64,000 bases of DNA, taken from positions 736,001 to 800,000 of the forward strand of contig CAVYGB010000008.1 of NCBI GenBank assembly GCA_963767925.1. The letters are read 5' to 3'. The position numbers and the translations under genes are program-made. Below the pieces are notes generated by a model, which was given only the letters and a program-made list of their open reading frames with translations, had not been told where the DNA came from and made no database searches. Positions 8,806-17,918 of this stretch are shown piece after piece (within the stretch, counting starts at the first letter, position 1; every line of letters begins with the position of its first letter). This DNA comes from an uncultured delta proteobacterium (GTDB lineage Bacteria; Myxococcota_A; Polyangia; Fen-1088).

Positions 8806-11000
8806 ATGAAGATCGCATTCACGCACAACCTCCGGCTCACCGACAGCGAGGATGAGGCGGAGTTCGACACCGCCGAGACCGTCGACGCCATCGCCAACGG
8901 CCTGCGCGCGGGCGGTCACGAGGTCGAGAAGATCGAGGTGACGGGCCCCGCCTCGCACCTGGCCGCCCGCATCGAGTCCTTCGCGCCCCGATCTCATCTT
9001 CAACACCGCCGAGGGCCGGCGCGGGCGCACCCGCGAGGCCTTTTACCCCGCCCTGTTCGAGGAGCTGGGCTTCCCCTACACCGGCTCGGACGCCTACGTG
9101 ATGACGGTGACCCTCGACAAGTGGCTCACCAAGCTGGTCCTCGCCGCCCAGGGCATCGACACCCCCCGCGGCCGCCTCGTCGTGCCGGACGACCTGCGCC
9201 GCATGCGCGAGGCCGGCATCGGTGGGCCTCGCCTTCCCCGTCATCGTCAAGCCGAACTACGAGGGCTCGTCCAAGGGGATCGGGGACGATGCGGTGGCCC
9301 GCGACGCCCGCAGCCCTGGCCGAGATGCTGCCCCGCGCCCTGCGCAAGTTCCCCAGCGGCGTGATCGTCGAGGAGTTCATCGCCGGCACCGACGTGACCG
9401 TGCCCTTCGTCGAGGGCCTGGGCGACGACGGCGTGCTGCTGCCGGTCGACTACCTCGTCGATCCGAGCGCCCGCAGCCGCTTCAACCTCTACGACTACCG
9501 GCTGAAGTCCAGCGAATCGAGCCGGGTGCAGGTGCGCTGCCCGCCCGATCTGCCCCGCGACGTCACCGCCCGGGTGCGGGCCACCTCGCGCCTGGCGGTG
9601 CGGGCCCTCGACGTGCGCGACCTCGGGCGCGTCGACTTCCGCATCGGCGAGGACGGGCGCATCTACCTGCTCGAGGTCAACGCTCTGCCCTCGCTCGAGC
9701 GCGGGGCCAGCCTGTTCGCCGCCGCCGTCCGCGAGGGGCTGGACTACGAGGCCACCCTGGGCGCGATCGTGGCCAGCGCAGCCCGCCGGCAGGGTCTGAT
9801 GGCGCCGCCCGGCGCAAACGCCGGCGCAAGCCGGCCGACCCGCTGCGCATCGGCTTCACCTTCAACGTGAAGCGGGTCGACTCCAAGGGGGGCAACGACG
9901 CCGAGGCGGAGTACGACGCGCCCGAGACCATCGACTCGATCCGCGACGCGCTCGAGAGCTACGGCCACGTCGTGATCCCGCTCGAGGCGACCGCCGAGCT
10001 GCCCCGGCAGCTGATGGAGTCCCCGGTCGACCTGGTCTTCAACATCGCCGAGGGGGTCTCGGGGCGGAACCGCGAGGCGGTCGTGCCCGGCGCTGTGCGA
10101 GCTGATGGGCATCCCCTACACCGGCTCGGACGCCGCCACGCTGTCGATCGCCCTCGACAAGGCGCTGTCCAAGCGGGTCCTGCGCCAGCACGGCATCCTC
10201 ACGCCCGAGTTCCAGGTCATGGAGACCGGGCGCGAGCGGCTGTCGCCCAAGCTGAAGTTTCCCGCTCATCGTCAAGCCCAACCAGGAGGGCTCGTCCAAG
10301 GGGGTCAGCGCCCAGGTCTCGGTGGTCGACAACGAAGATGTCCTGCGCCAGGTGGTGCGCGATCTGCATCGAGACGCTACCGGCAGCCGGCCCTCGTCGA
10401 GGACTACATCGCGGGGCGCGAGTTCACGGTCGGGCTGCTCGGCGACAAGCGCCCGCGGGTCCTGCCGCCGATGGAGATCGTCTTCCGCGACAAGAACAAC
10501 TCGCGCCCGGTCTACGACTACCAGATCAAGCAGGAGTGGGAAAAACACGTCTACTACGAGTGCCCGGCCCAGCTGACCCCGGCCGAGCTCAAGAGCATCG
10601 AGCGGGTCTGCGCGCGAGACCTTCGCCGCCCTCGACTGCCGCGACGTCGCCCGGGTCGACCTGCGCATGAACGCCAAGGGCGAGATCTACGTCCTCGAGG
10701 TCAACCCGCTGCCCGGGCTGACCCCCGGGTACTCCGATCTCTGCCTGATTGCGCAAGGCAGCCAACATCGACTACCGCTCGCTCATCGGCGAGATCCTGG
10801 CCGGCGGCCTCAAGCGGCTGCGCGAGAAGCGCCGGGCGGAGGCCGCCAAGTCCGGCCCCACCACCACCGCCGGGACCGCGGCGAGCGCCCCCTCGGCGGC
10901 GGCGGCCGGGGCAGAGGGGAGCAACGGCTCCAAGGACGAGGGTCGCGGGCTGGCCGACGAGGAGAAGACCCCCACCCCGCCCGACGTCATGTTGCCCTGA
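8806..11000 (+). CDS. Tandem double D-Ala-D-Ala ligase-family ATP-grasp protein (several frameshifts, likely sequencing indels)
   Basis: Joining ORF pieces gives two full domains, each with FN[T/I]AEG, PYTGSDA...LDK, KPNxEGSSKG, RVD[F/L]R and LEVNxLP. No stop/start is seen in the KRRRKPADP linker near 9815. Confidence 0.85.
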
Positions 11001-11082
11001 GGGCCCTGGCGAGCGCGCTCGCCGGGGGTCCAGCGCAACCAGAAACTGGGCGTGGCCTCCCGGTTGGGGGTAAAACTGCTAC

Positions 11083-12197
11083 GTGCGACGACGGTTACGC
11101 GACATGGGCTTCACGCTCGGGCGCCTGCCGCCCGGCCCATGGAACGCGATCACCGACGTGAAGGGCGTCCGGGTCGGCCACACCACGCTCATCGAGGGTG
11201 AAGGGCCGCTCATGGTGGGCAAGGGGCCCGTGCGCACCGGGGTGACCGCGGTGCTGGCCGGCTCGTCGACATCTTCGAGCGGCGGGCGATGGCCGGCTCC
11301 TTCGTGCTCAACGGGGCCGGCGAGGTCTCGGGGCTGACCCAGGTGCAGGAGTGGGGCCTGCTCGAGACGCCCATCCTCCTCACCAACACCATGTCGGTGG
11401 GCAAGGTGTCCGACGCCGCGGTCAAGTGGATGACCCGGCACTTCCCGGGCATCGGCAGCGAATACGACGTCGTCATCCCGCTGGTGGGTGAATGCGACGA
11501 CTCCTGGCTCAACGACGCGGTCGGACGGCACGTCCGCTCCGAACACGTGTACCGGGCCATCGAGCAGGCCACCTCGGGCCCGGTGGCCGAGGGCTCGGTG
11601 GGCGCCGGGACGGGGATGGTCACCTGCGACTTCAAGGGGGGCATCGGCACCAGCTCGCGCCGGGTGCCGGCCGAGATTGGTTTTTACACCCTGGGGGTGC
11701 TGGTCCAGACCAACTTCGGGGTCATGCGCTCGCTGGTGATCGACGGCGCCCCGGTCGGCGAGATCCTCGAGCCCACCTTCGGCTCGAGCGAGCGGCGGCT
11801 GCACAACGCCGGCTCGATCATCTGCGTGGTGGCGACCGACGCCCCCCTGTTGCCCTCGCAGATCACCCGGCTCTGCAAGCGGGCGGCGCTGGGCATCGGC
11901 CGGGTCGGATCCTTCGCCGCCCACGGCTCCGGCGAGATCATCGTCGGATTTTCGACCGCCAACCAGGTGCCGCGCCACACCTCGGGCATGACCACCCGTC
12001 TCGAGGTGCTGCTGGACCCCGCCTGCGACGGCCTCTACGAGGCCGTCGTCGAGTGCACCGAGGAGGCCATCGTCAACGCGCTGTGCGTCTCCGACAGCAT
12101 GCGGGGGCAGTCCGACCACTTCGCGCCCGCCTTGCCCCTGGCGGATCTCGAGCAGATCTTGCGCCGGTACCGCTCGGCGCGCACCCGTCCCGCCTAG
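11083..12197 (+). CDS. dmpA: P1/S58 family aminopeptidase (DmpA-like), frameshift near 11265
   Basis: NAITDVKGVRVGHTT, RTGVTA, NGAGEVSG, VGECDDSWLND, EGSVGAGTGM, KGGIGTSSR and the autocleavage motif G-SII. Confidence 0.88.
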
Positions 12198-12209
12198 GCG
12201 GAGCAACCG

Positions 12210-13267
12210 ATGCACATCTGTGTTCTGGTCGGGGACGTCAAGGCGCTCAAGCCGCGTTTCGGCAGCGTCCACCTGGCCTGGGCGGCCCACCGCCGCGGCC
12301 ACGACGTGCACTTCGTCTCGGTCGACGACCTCTCTTACCTGAACGACAACAGCATCCTGGGCACCACAACCCGGGCCCGGGCCGGCGACTACGCCCGCGC
12401 CGGCCGACTACCTGGAGGCCCTCCGCTCCGTCGGAGGCGGTCCGGGACGAGGAGGCGCTGTCGCGGCTTCGACGTGGTCTTCCTGCGCTACAACCCCCTC
12501 ACCGAGAGCGCGGCCCACGCCGGATCGCCGGTCATCGATCTCTGCTGGCGGCTGCGCCTGGGCGGCACCCTCGTGATCAACGATCCGGAGGGCGTCCGGC
12601 GCGCCGGCAGCGGCATGTACCTGGCCGACCTGCCGGCCGAGATCCGGGTGCGGACGCTGGTCTCGCGCTCGCGGGCCCGCCTGCGCGAGTTCCTGCGCGA
12701 GCTGGACAGCCCGGCCGTGCTGCGCGCCCTCTCCCCCTCGGGCGGGGAGAAGGTCTTTTACGTTCGCCGCCGCCAGAAGGCCAACGTCAACCAGATGATC
12801 AGCGCCCTCACGAAGGAGGGTTACGCGGTGGCGCAGGAGTACCCGCCCGAGGCCGAACACGGCGAGAAGCGGATCCTGCTGCTGGGCGGCGAGCCGATCC
12901 GGATCGGGACGGACGTGGCCATCTACCGCCGGGTCCCCTTGCTGAAGGGGGGCCTCACCGACACCCTGGTCGAGACCCCGGGCGGGCGGGGCCGGCGAAA
13001 GCGCTGCGAGTTCGGGCCGGTCGAAGCGCGCCTGTGCGAGATCTTGCGCCCCAAGCTGCTGGCCGATGGCCTCTACTTCGTCTCGTCGACCTGGTCGGCG
13101 ACAAAATACTTGGACTCAACGTGTTCACCCCGAGTGGACTGCGGTCGCTCTCGGAGATATACGGCGTCGAGGTGGGCGAGATCGTCGTTCGTGACCTGGA
13201 GCGGCGGGTCCGGTTACGCGCCGCCTATCGGACCACGTTCGATCCGGAGGCCGCTGACATCGTGTGA
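12210..13267 (+). CDS. Glutathione synthetase-like ATP-grasp protein with degenerate active site (frameshifts near 12405-12465 and 13080)
   Basis: GshB-like architecture: FDVVFLRYNP, LVINDPEG, AQEY, GEKRILLLGGEP, GLYFVxxDLVGDK. The conserved E-x-N reads G-L-N and LKP reads LRA. Confidence 0.72.
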
Positions 13268-13321
13268 GGTGGGTCCCTGCTGGAAAAGCCAACGACATCC
13301 GGCTACGCTGATGCCGCAGTC

Positions 13322-14586
13322 TTGCGAGAATCGGCGCAGCACGGCTTCTCGGCGGAGACCGAGGATGACACGACGGTCGCCGCCCAGGCTGGCGCGCCGG
13401 TGGGGCCCCTTGCCCCCACGCCGCTGACCGTCTCGAACGCCGACACCGGCGAGATCATCTCGATCGCGCCCGGACCCATCCTGACGGTCTCGGCCGAGGA
13501 GATCGCGCGCTTCTTCGTCCGGGTGAGGCGGGACCAGGACGCCGAGCGCTGGGACGTCCGTCTCGACGGCGCCCTCCGGGAGATCCTCGAGCGGGCCAAC
13601 GACTTCGTCCCCTCCGAGTCGGGCGGCATCCTGCTCGACGATCCCCGGGCCAAGCTGGCCGGCGTGCGGACGCCCCGCCTCACCTTCATCGCGGTGTACG
13701 GGCCAAACTCGGCCCAGCTGCTCGGCAAGCGGGTGCCCACCGAGCGGGGGTTCGTCGGGGAGATCTACCGGGGCGGCCGGGCGGTGCACACCGATCGGCT
13801 GACGGTCGACGATCCCCTGCTGGCCACCTTGCCCCCGCGATCCTCGGGCCCCCCGGTCCAGTCGATCATCGGCGTGCCCGTCATCGTCGGCGAGTCGATC
13901 TGCGGGGTGCTGCTTGCTGACCAACCGGCGGGCCGGCGGCGCCTACAGCACCCGGGAGAGCGAGCTGCTGCAGATCTTCGCCGCGTACATGTCCTCGTCG
14001 ATCCAGAACGCGCTCGACGCCATCCGGGCCCGGGCCCTCGCCCGGCTCGATCACCTCACCGGCCTGTTCAACAGCCGCTACTTTCACGTGCGGCTGCAGG
14101 ACGAGATCGCCCGGGCGGATCGCGAGGGGACGGAGCTGTCGATGCTGTTCGTCGACCTCGACAACTTCAAGCTGGTCAACGACCGCTTCGGCCACATGGC
14201 GGGGAGCTGGACCCTGCGCGAGGTGGCCCGGCTGCTCACCGAAAACGCGCCCCCCGCCACCGTGCTGGCCCGCTACGGCGGCGACGAGTTCGCCGCCATC
14301 CTGCCCAACACCGGCCTGGCCCGGGCGGTCCAGATCGGCCGAGCACCTCCGGCGCGTCATCGCCGACGCCACCCTCTTCGACATGGAGTCCGAGCCGGGG
14401 CAGCCGGCGCAGATGTTGCCCGGGGTGCGGGCCTCGGTCGGGGTGGCCTCCTACCGCGACCACCTGGCCCCGGGGGGCAACCAGCGCCGTCGGGGCAACG
14501 TGTTCCTGCGGCTGAGCGACTCGGCCATGTACCGCGCCAAGGCCAACGGCCGGAACCGGGTCGAGGTCGCCGAAGCCGAAGAATGA
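13322..14586 (+). CDS. GAF-sensor diguanylate cyclase (frameshifts near 13915 and 14340; start uncertain)
   Basis: GAF segment (GFVGEIY...SIIGVPV), then DHLTGLFNSRYF, DLDNFKLVNDRFGH, ARYGGDEF and SDSAMYRAKANGRNRV. Confidence 0.88.
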
Positions 14587-15176
14587 CCGCCGCCGTCCGG
14601 GCGGTCCTGCTGGTCGCCGCCGCGGGAGCGGCCTGCAACCGGGTGGGGGGAGAGGAGGGGCTCGAGGCCCGGACTCCCCTCGTCGAGCTGCGCGACGAGA
14701 CGGGCCAGCGGCGCCTGGCGGTCTGGAAGGTCGACGACGGGTTTCGCTGGCTCGACCGCCAGGAGGGCTCCGGCCGCATCCAGGTGGGGCCCGCCGAGCG
14801 GCTGCTGGCCCACGATCCCGAGCGCGGCCCGGTCGAGGTCTCGCCGCCCGGACCGGGTGGCCGGCAGCTCCGGCGGGCCGACGGCACGGCGCTCCGCCTC
14901 AGCCGGGAGGGCACCTTGCTGCGGCTGGGGGACGGGGCCGGCATTCCGCTGGCGCGCGCCCGGGTGGAGGCGGAGGAGGCCCTGGTTCACGACGCGGGTG
15001 GCGTCGTGGTCCTGCGGGCGCGCCGCGCGGGCGGACGCATCGTGGTGACGGATCGGGAGGGGCGCGCAGCGGCTTTCGTCGTGGGGCAGGCGTCGCCTGA
15101 ATACGCGGCGCTGGCCGCCCTGCCCGGGATGCGCGCGGTGGAGCGGGCTCTGTTGCTCGTCGTGCGGGGACCGTGA
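14583..15176 (+). CDS. Hypothetical lipoprotein
   Basis: ATGA overlap with the cyclase stop; signal/lipobox MTAAVRAVLLVAAAGAAC; beta-rich body. Confidence 0.6.
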   Translation: MTAAVRAVLLVAAAGAACNRVGGEEGLEARTPLVELRDETGQRRLAVWKVDDGFRWLDRQEGSGRIQVGPAERLLAHDPERGPVEVSPPGPGGRQLRRADGTALRLSREGTLLRLGDGAGIPLARARVEAEEALVHDAGGVVVLRARRAGGRIVVTDREGRAAAFVVGQASPEYAALAALPGMRAVERALLLVVRGP

Positions 15177-15190
15177 GGGAGAAGCGGCGG

Positions 15191-15388
15191 TTACTCTTCA
15201 GCCAGCGCCCGCGCCAGGATCCGGACCGCGAGCTTGTACGGCTCGACGCGATACCGACCAGCAGCCACCAGCCTCCGCAACTCCTCCACCCGTGCCGCCC
15301 GCGCGATCTGCTCGCCGCTGCGCGAAGCCGCCACGGAGGCGCGCTTGCCGGAGAGCTTTCGCGAGGTGTGCCGACCTGTGAACGTCAT
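15191..15388 (-). CDS. flgM: FlgM-like anti-sigma28 factor (65 aa)
   Basis: RAARVEELRRLVAAGRYRVEPYKLAVRIL matches the FlgM C-terminal sigma-binding helices; lies directly downstream of a sigma28 gene. Confidence 0.8.
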   Translation of the reverse strand: MTFTGRHTSRKLSGKRASVAASRSGEQIARAARVEELRRLVAAGRYRVEPYKLAVRILARALAEE

Positions 15389-15395
15389 ACCCACT

Positions 15396-15423
15396 TCATC
15401 GACCGGAATCCGGAGACTCTTTA
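15396..15423 (-). promoter_or_regulatory. Sigma28 promoter (TAAA-N16-GTCGATGA) for flgM
   Basis: Minus strand reads cTAAAgagtctccggattccgGTCGATGAagtgggtATG, versus consensus TAAA-N15/16-GCCGATAA. Confidence 0.65.
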
Positions 15424-15502
15424 GAGCCGAACCCCGAAAAAAGCGCGCGAAGTAGGAAAGTCCAGGGATTTCGGTGGTTTTACGCTCAGGCCAGACCCCC
15501 GG

Positions 15503-16272
15503 TCAGGCCGCGACGGTCTCTTCCAGCTCGCTCAGCGACTCACGAAGTCGGCGGGTGGCCTCTCCGTGGATCTGGCAGACCCGAGACTCGGTGACGCCCA
15601 GAACCTCGCCGATCTCCTTGAGATTCAGGTTCTCGCAGTAATAAAGGGAGAGGACCTGCTGCATCTTCTCGGGCAGATCGTCGATGCCGTCCACCAGCCG
15701 GGCCAGGGTCTCCCGGTGGGCCGTCACCTCGAAGGGGTCGGGGAGCTCTCGTCGCTGGTGCGCTCCAGGAAGTCGGGCCCCGCGTCGTCGATGCCGACCA
15801 CCGACGACCCCGACAGCTTCTGCTGGCGGGCGTACAGCTCGTCGACCGCCACCCCGAGGGTCTCGGCCAGCTCCTCCTGGTCGGGCGAACGACCGAGCTG
15901 CGACTCCAGCCGACGGGTCGCCTCGCGCAGCTCGTTGGACAGCCGCCGCATGTCGCGCGACAGGGTGTCGCGGGCGCGCAGGTCGTCCAGCATGGCGCCG
16001 CGGATCCGGTATTCGGCGAAGGCCTCGAACCGATCGACCCGCTTGGGGTCGTAGCGCTCGGCCGCTTCCATCAGGCCGATCACGCCCGAGGAGATCAGGT
16101 CGTCGATCTCGACGTGGGCGGGCAGTCGGCGCGCCAGCCGGCGGGCGACCTTCTCGATGTATGGAAAGAACTTAGCGGCGTACTCTCGCCGCCGATCCGC
16201 CAGAGCCTTGCGAGACAGCTTCGGTGCCCGTTTGGGTCGCTTCCGCTTGGGCGCAACAGCTTTGGTCGGCAT
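15503..16272 (-). CDS. fliA: FliA/WhiG family RNA polymerase sigma28 factor (frameshift near 15735-15750)
   Basis: RLPAHVEIDDLISSGVIGL, FAEYRIRGAMLDDLR, region 4 LSLYYCENLNLKEIGEVLGVTESRVCQIH. Confidence 0.92.
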
Positions 16273-16285
16273 GCTGGCGCAGACG

Positions 16286-16301
16286 AGCAGAGTTCGTGCC
16301 A
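16286..16301 (-). promoter_or_regulatory. Sigma54 (-24/-12) promoter for fliA
   Basis: Minus strand TGGCACGAACTCTGCT has exact GG-N10-GC spacing (consensus TGGCAC-N5-TTGCW). Confidence 0.72.
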
Positions 16302-16469
16302 GCGAAGGCTCTGCAGAAAGCTCGCGATCCCATTGGTGTAGGACGTGTGGGACGGCCCAAGAGCGTCAGAGGGATGACGATCTTGGGCTCTTGACGGCGT
16401 CAGCCCGGTGACGATGTTTTTCTGTCTTCGCTCCTGCTCTGACACCCTCACTCCCGGCTCGTCGGAACG

Positions 16470-17816
16470 TCAGGCGACGTTGCGACGTCGTAGCTTCTCC
16501 ACCAATGTCGTACGGTTCATGCCGAGCAGCTCGGCGGCGCGATTCTTGTTGCCTCCCGTGCGGGCCAGTGCCTGCTTGATGAATCGATCTTCGAGCTGCG
16601 ACAGCAACATTCGCAAGTCAACCCCCGAAGGAGGAAGATCCAGCCGGCCGGCGTTGACGTCGACGACGTCGTCTCGCAGGTTGGGCGGCAGATCGTCCAG
16701 CGTGACGGTGCGATTGCCCGCCAGCAGCACGAGCCGCTCGATGGCGTTCTCGAGCTGGCGCACGTTGCCCGGCCAGTCGTGGGTCTGCAGCCGGGCCAGC
16801 ACCTCGGAGGTGAAGCCGGGCACCAGGCGGGCGTCGCGGGCGTTGAACTCCTTGCGGAAGTGCTCGGCCAGCAGGGTGATGTCCTCCCGGCGCTCGCGCA
16901 GGGGGGGCAGCTCGATGGGGATGACGTCGAGCCGGTAGTAGAGGTCCTCCCGGAAGTACCCGTCCTTGACCAGTTGCTCGAGGTTGCGGTGGGTGGCGGC
17001 GATGACCCGCACGTCGAAGGCCACGCTCTCGCCACCGCCCACCGGCTGCACCGTCCGCTCCTGCAGGGCGCGCAGCAGCTTGGCCTGCAGGCCCTTGGGC
17101 ATGTCCCCGATCTCGTCGAGGAAGAGCGAGCCGTGGTCGGCTGACTGGAACTTCCCCATGCGGGTGCGCTCGGCCCCCGTGAAGGCGCCCCGCACGTGCC
17201 CGAACAGCTCGGACTCCGCCAGGTTCTCGGGGATGGCGGCCATGTTCATCGCCACGAAGGGCGCCGCCCGCCGCGAGCTGGAGGTGTGGATGAGCCGGGC
17301 CACCACCTCCTTGCCGGTCCCGGTCTCGCCCCGGATGAGGACGTTGGCGTCGGTGTCGGCGACCTGGTCGATGCGCTCGAGCACGAGCCGCATGGCCGGA
17401 TGGTCCCCGATGAGGGCGGCCCGCTGCGCCCGATGGGTGCGGCTGTTCCCGCTGCGCTCGTCGAGGACCCGCAGCAGGCTCTCTTCCAGGGCGGTGTGGT
17501 GGAAGGGCTTGGCCAGGAAGTCGGCCGCCCCCAGGCGGAGGGCGGTGATGGCGTCGCCCACCGTTCCGTTGCCCGTCAGGACGATGACGGGGATCGGGGG
17601 CCGCCGGCGGCGCGCCGCTTCGAGGACCTGGAAGCCGTTCCGCTTGGGTAGCTGCAGGTCGGTCACGCACAGATCGACGTCGTCCTGCTCGAGGCGGTGG
17701 ATGGCCAGCTCGCCATCGGCCGCATACACGACCTCGCCGCTGCTTACGCGCAGACTACGTTGGAGCGCGGCGAGAACCGCCGGATCCTCGTCGACGAGGA
17801 GGACGCGCGTCCGCAT
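16470..17816 (-). CDS. Sigma54-dependent response regulator (REC-AAA+-Fis HTH), FleQ/FgrM-like
   Basis: REC with Asp (CVTDLQLP), Walker A GETGTGKE, GAFTGA, LFLDEIG; C-terminus LPPSGVDL...NRTTLVEKLRR resembles FleQ-type regulators. Confidence 0.9.
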   Translation of the reverse strand: MRTRVLLVDEDPAVLAALQRSLRVSSGEVVYAADGELAIHRLEQDDVDLCVTDLQLPKRNGFQVLEAARRRRPPIPVIVLTGNGTVGDAITALRLGAADFLAKPFHHTALEESLLRVLDERSGNSRTHRAQRAALIGDHPAMRLVLERIDQVADTDANVLIRGETGTGKEVVARLIHTSSSRRAAPFVAMNMAAIPENLAESELFGHVRGAFTGAERTRMGKFQSADHGSLFLDEIGDMPKGLQAKLLRALQERTVQPVGGGESVAFDVRVIAATHRNLEQLVKDGYFREDLYYRLDVIPIELPPLRERREDITLLAEHFRKEFNARDARLVPGFTSEVLARLQTHDWPGNVRQLENAIERLVLLAGNRTVTLDDLPPNLRDDVVDVNAGRLDLPPSGVDLRMLLSQLEDRFIKQALARTGGNKNRAAELLGMNRTTLVEKLRRRNVA

Positions 17817-17918
17817 GTGCGAAGAGATTCATCGGCTGAAAGAGGGGTGCCTTGACGACGCCACCGTCGGTCCGGCGGCTGTTGCGTCCGGCCAAGCGGC
17901 CCGCGCCCTGCGGCAGCT

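Noticed and set aside
15191..15388. Anti-sigma as RsiG (c-di-GMP-binding WhiG partner)
   Set aside because: Lacks the E-x3-S-x2-R-x3-Q-x3-D motif and matches the FlgM pattern instead.
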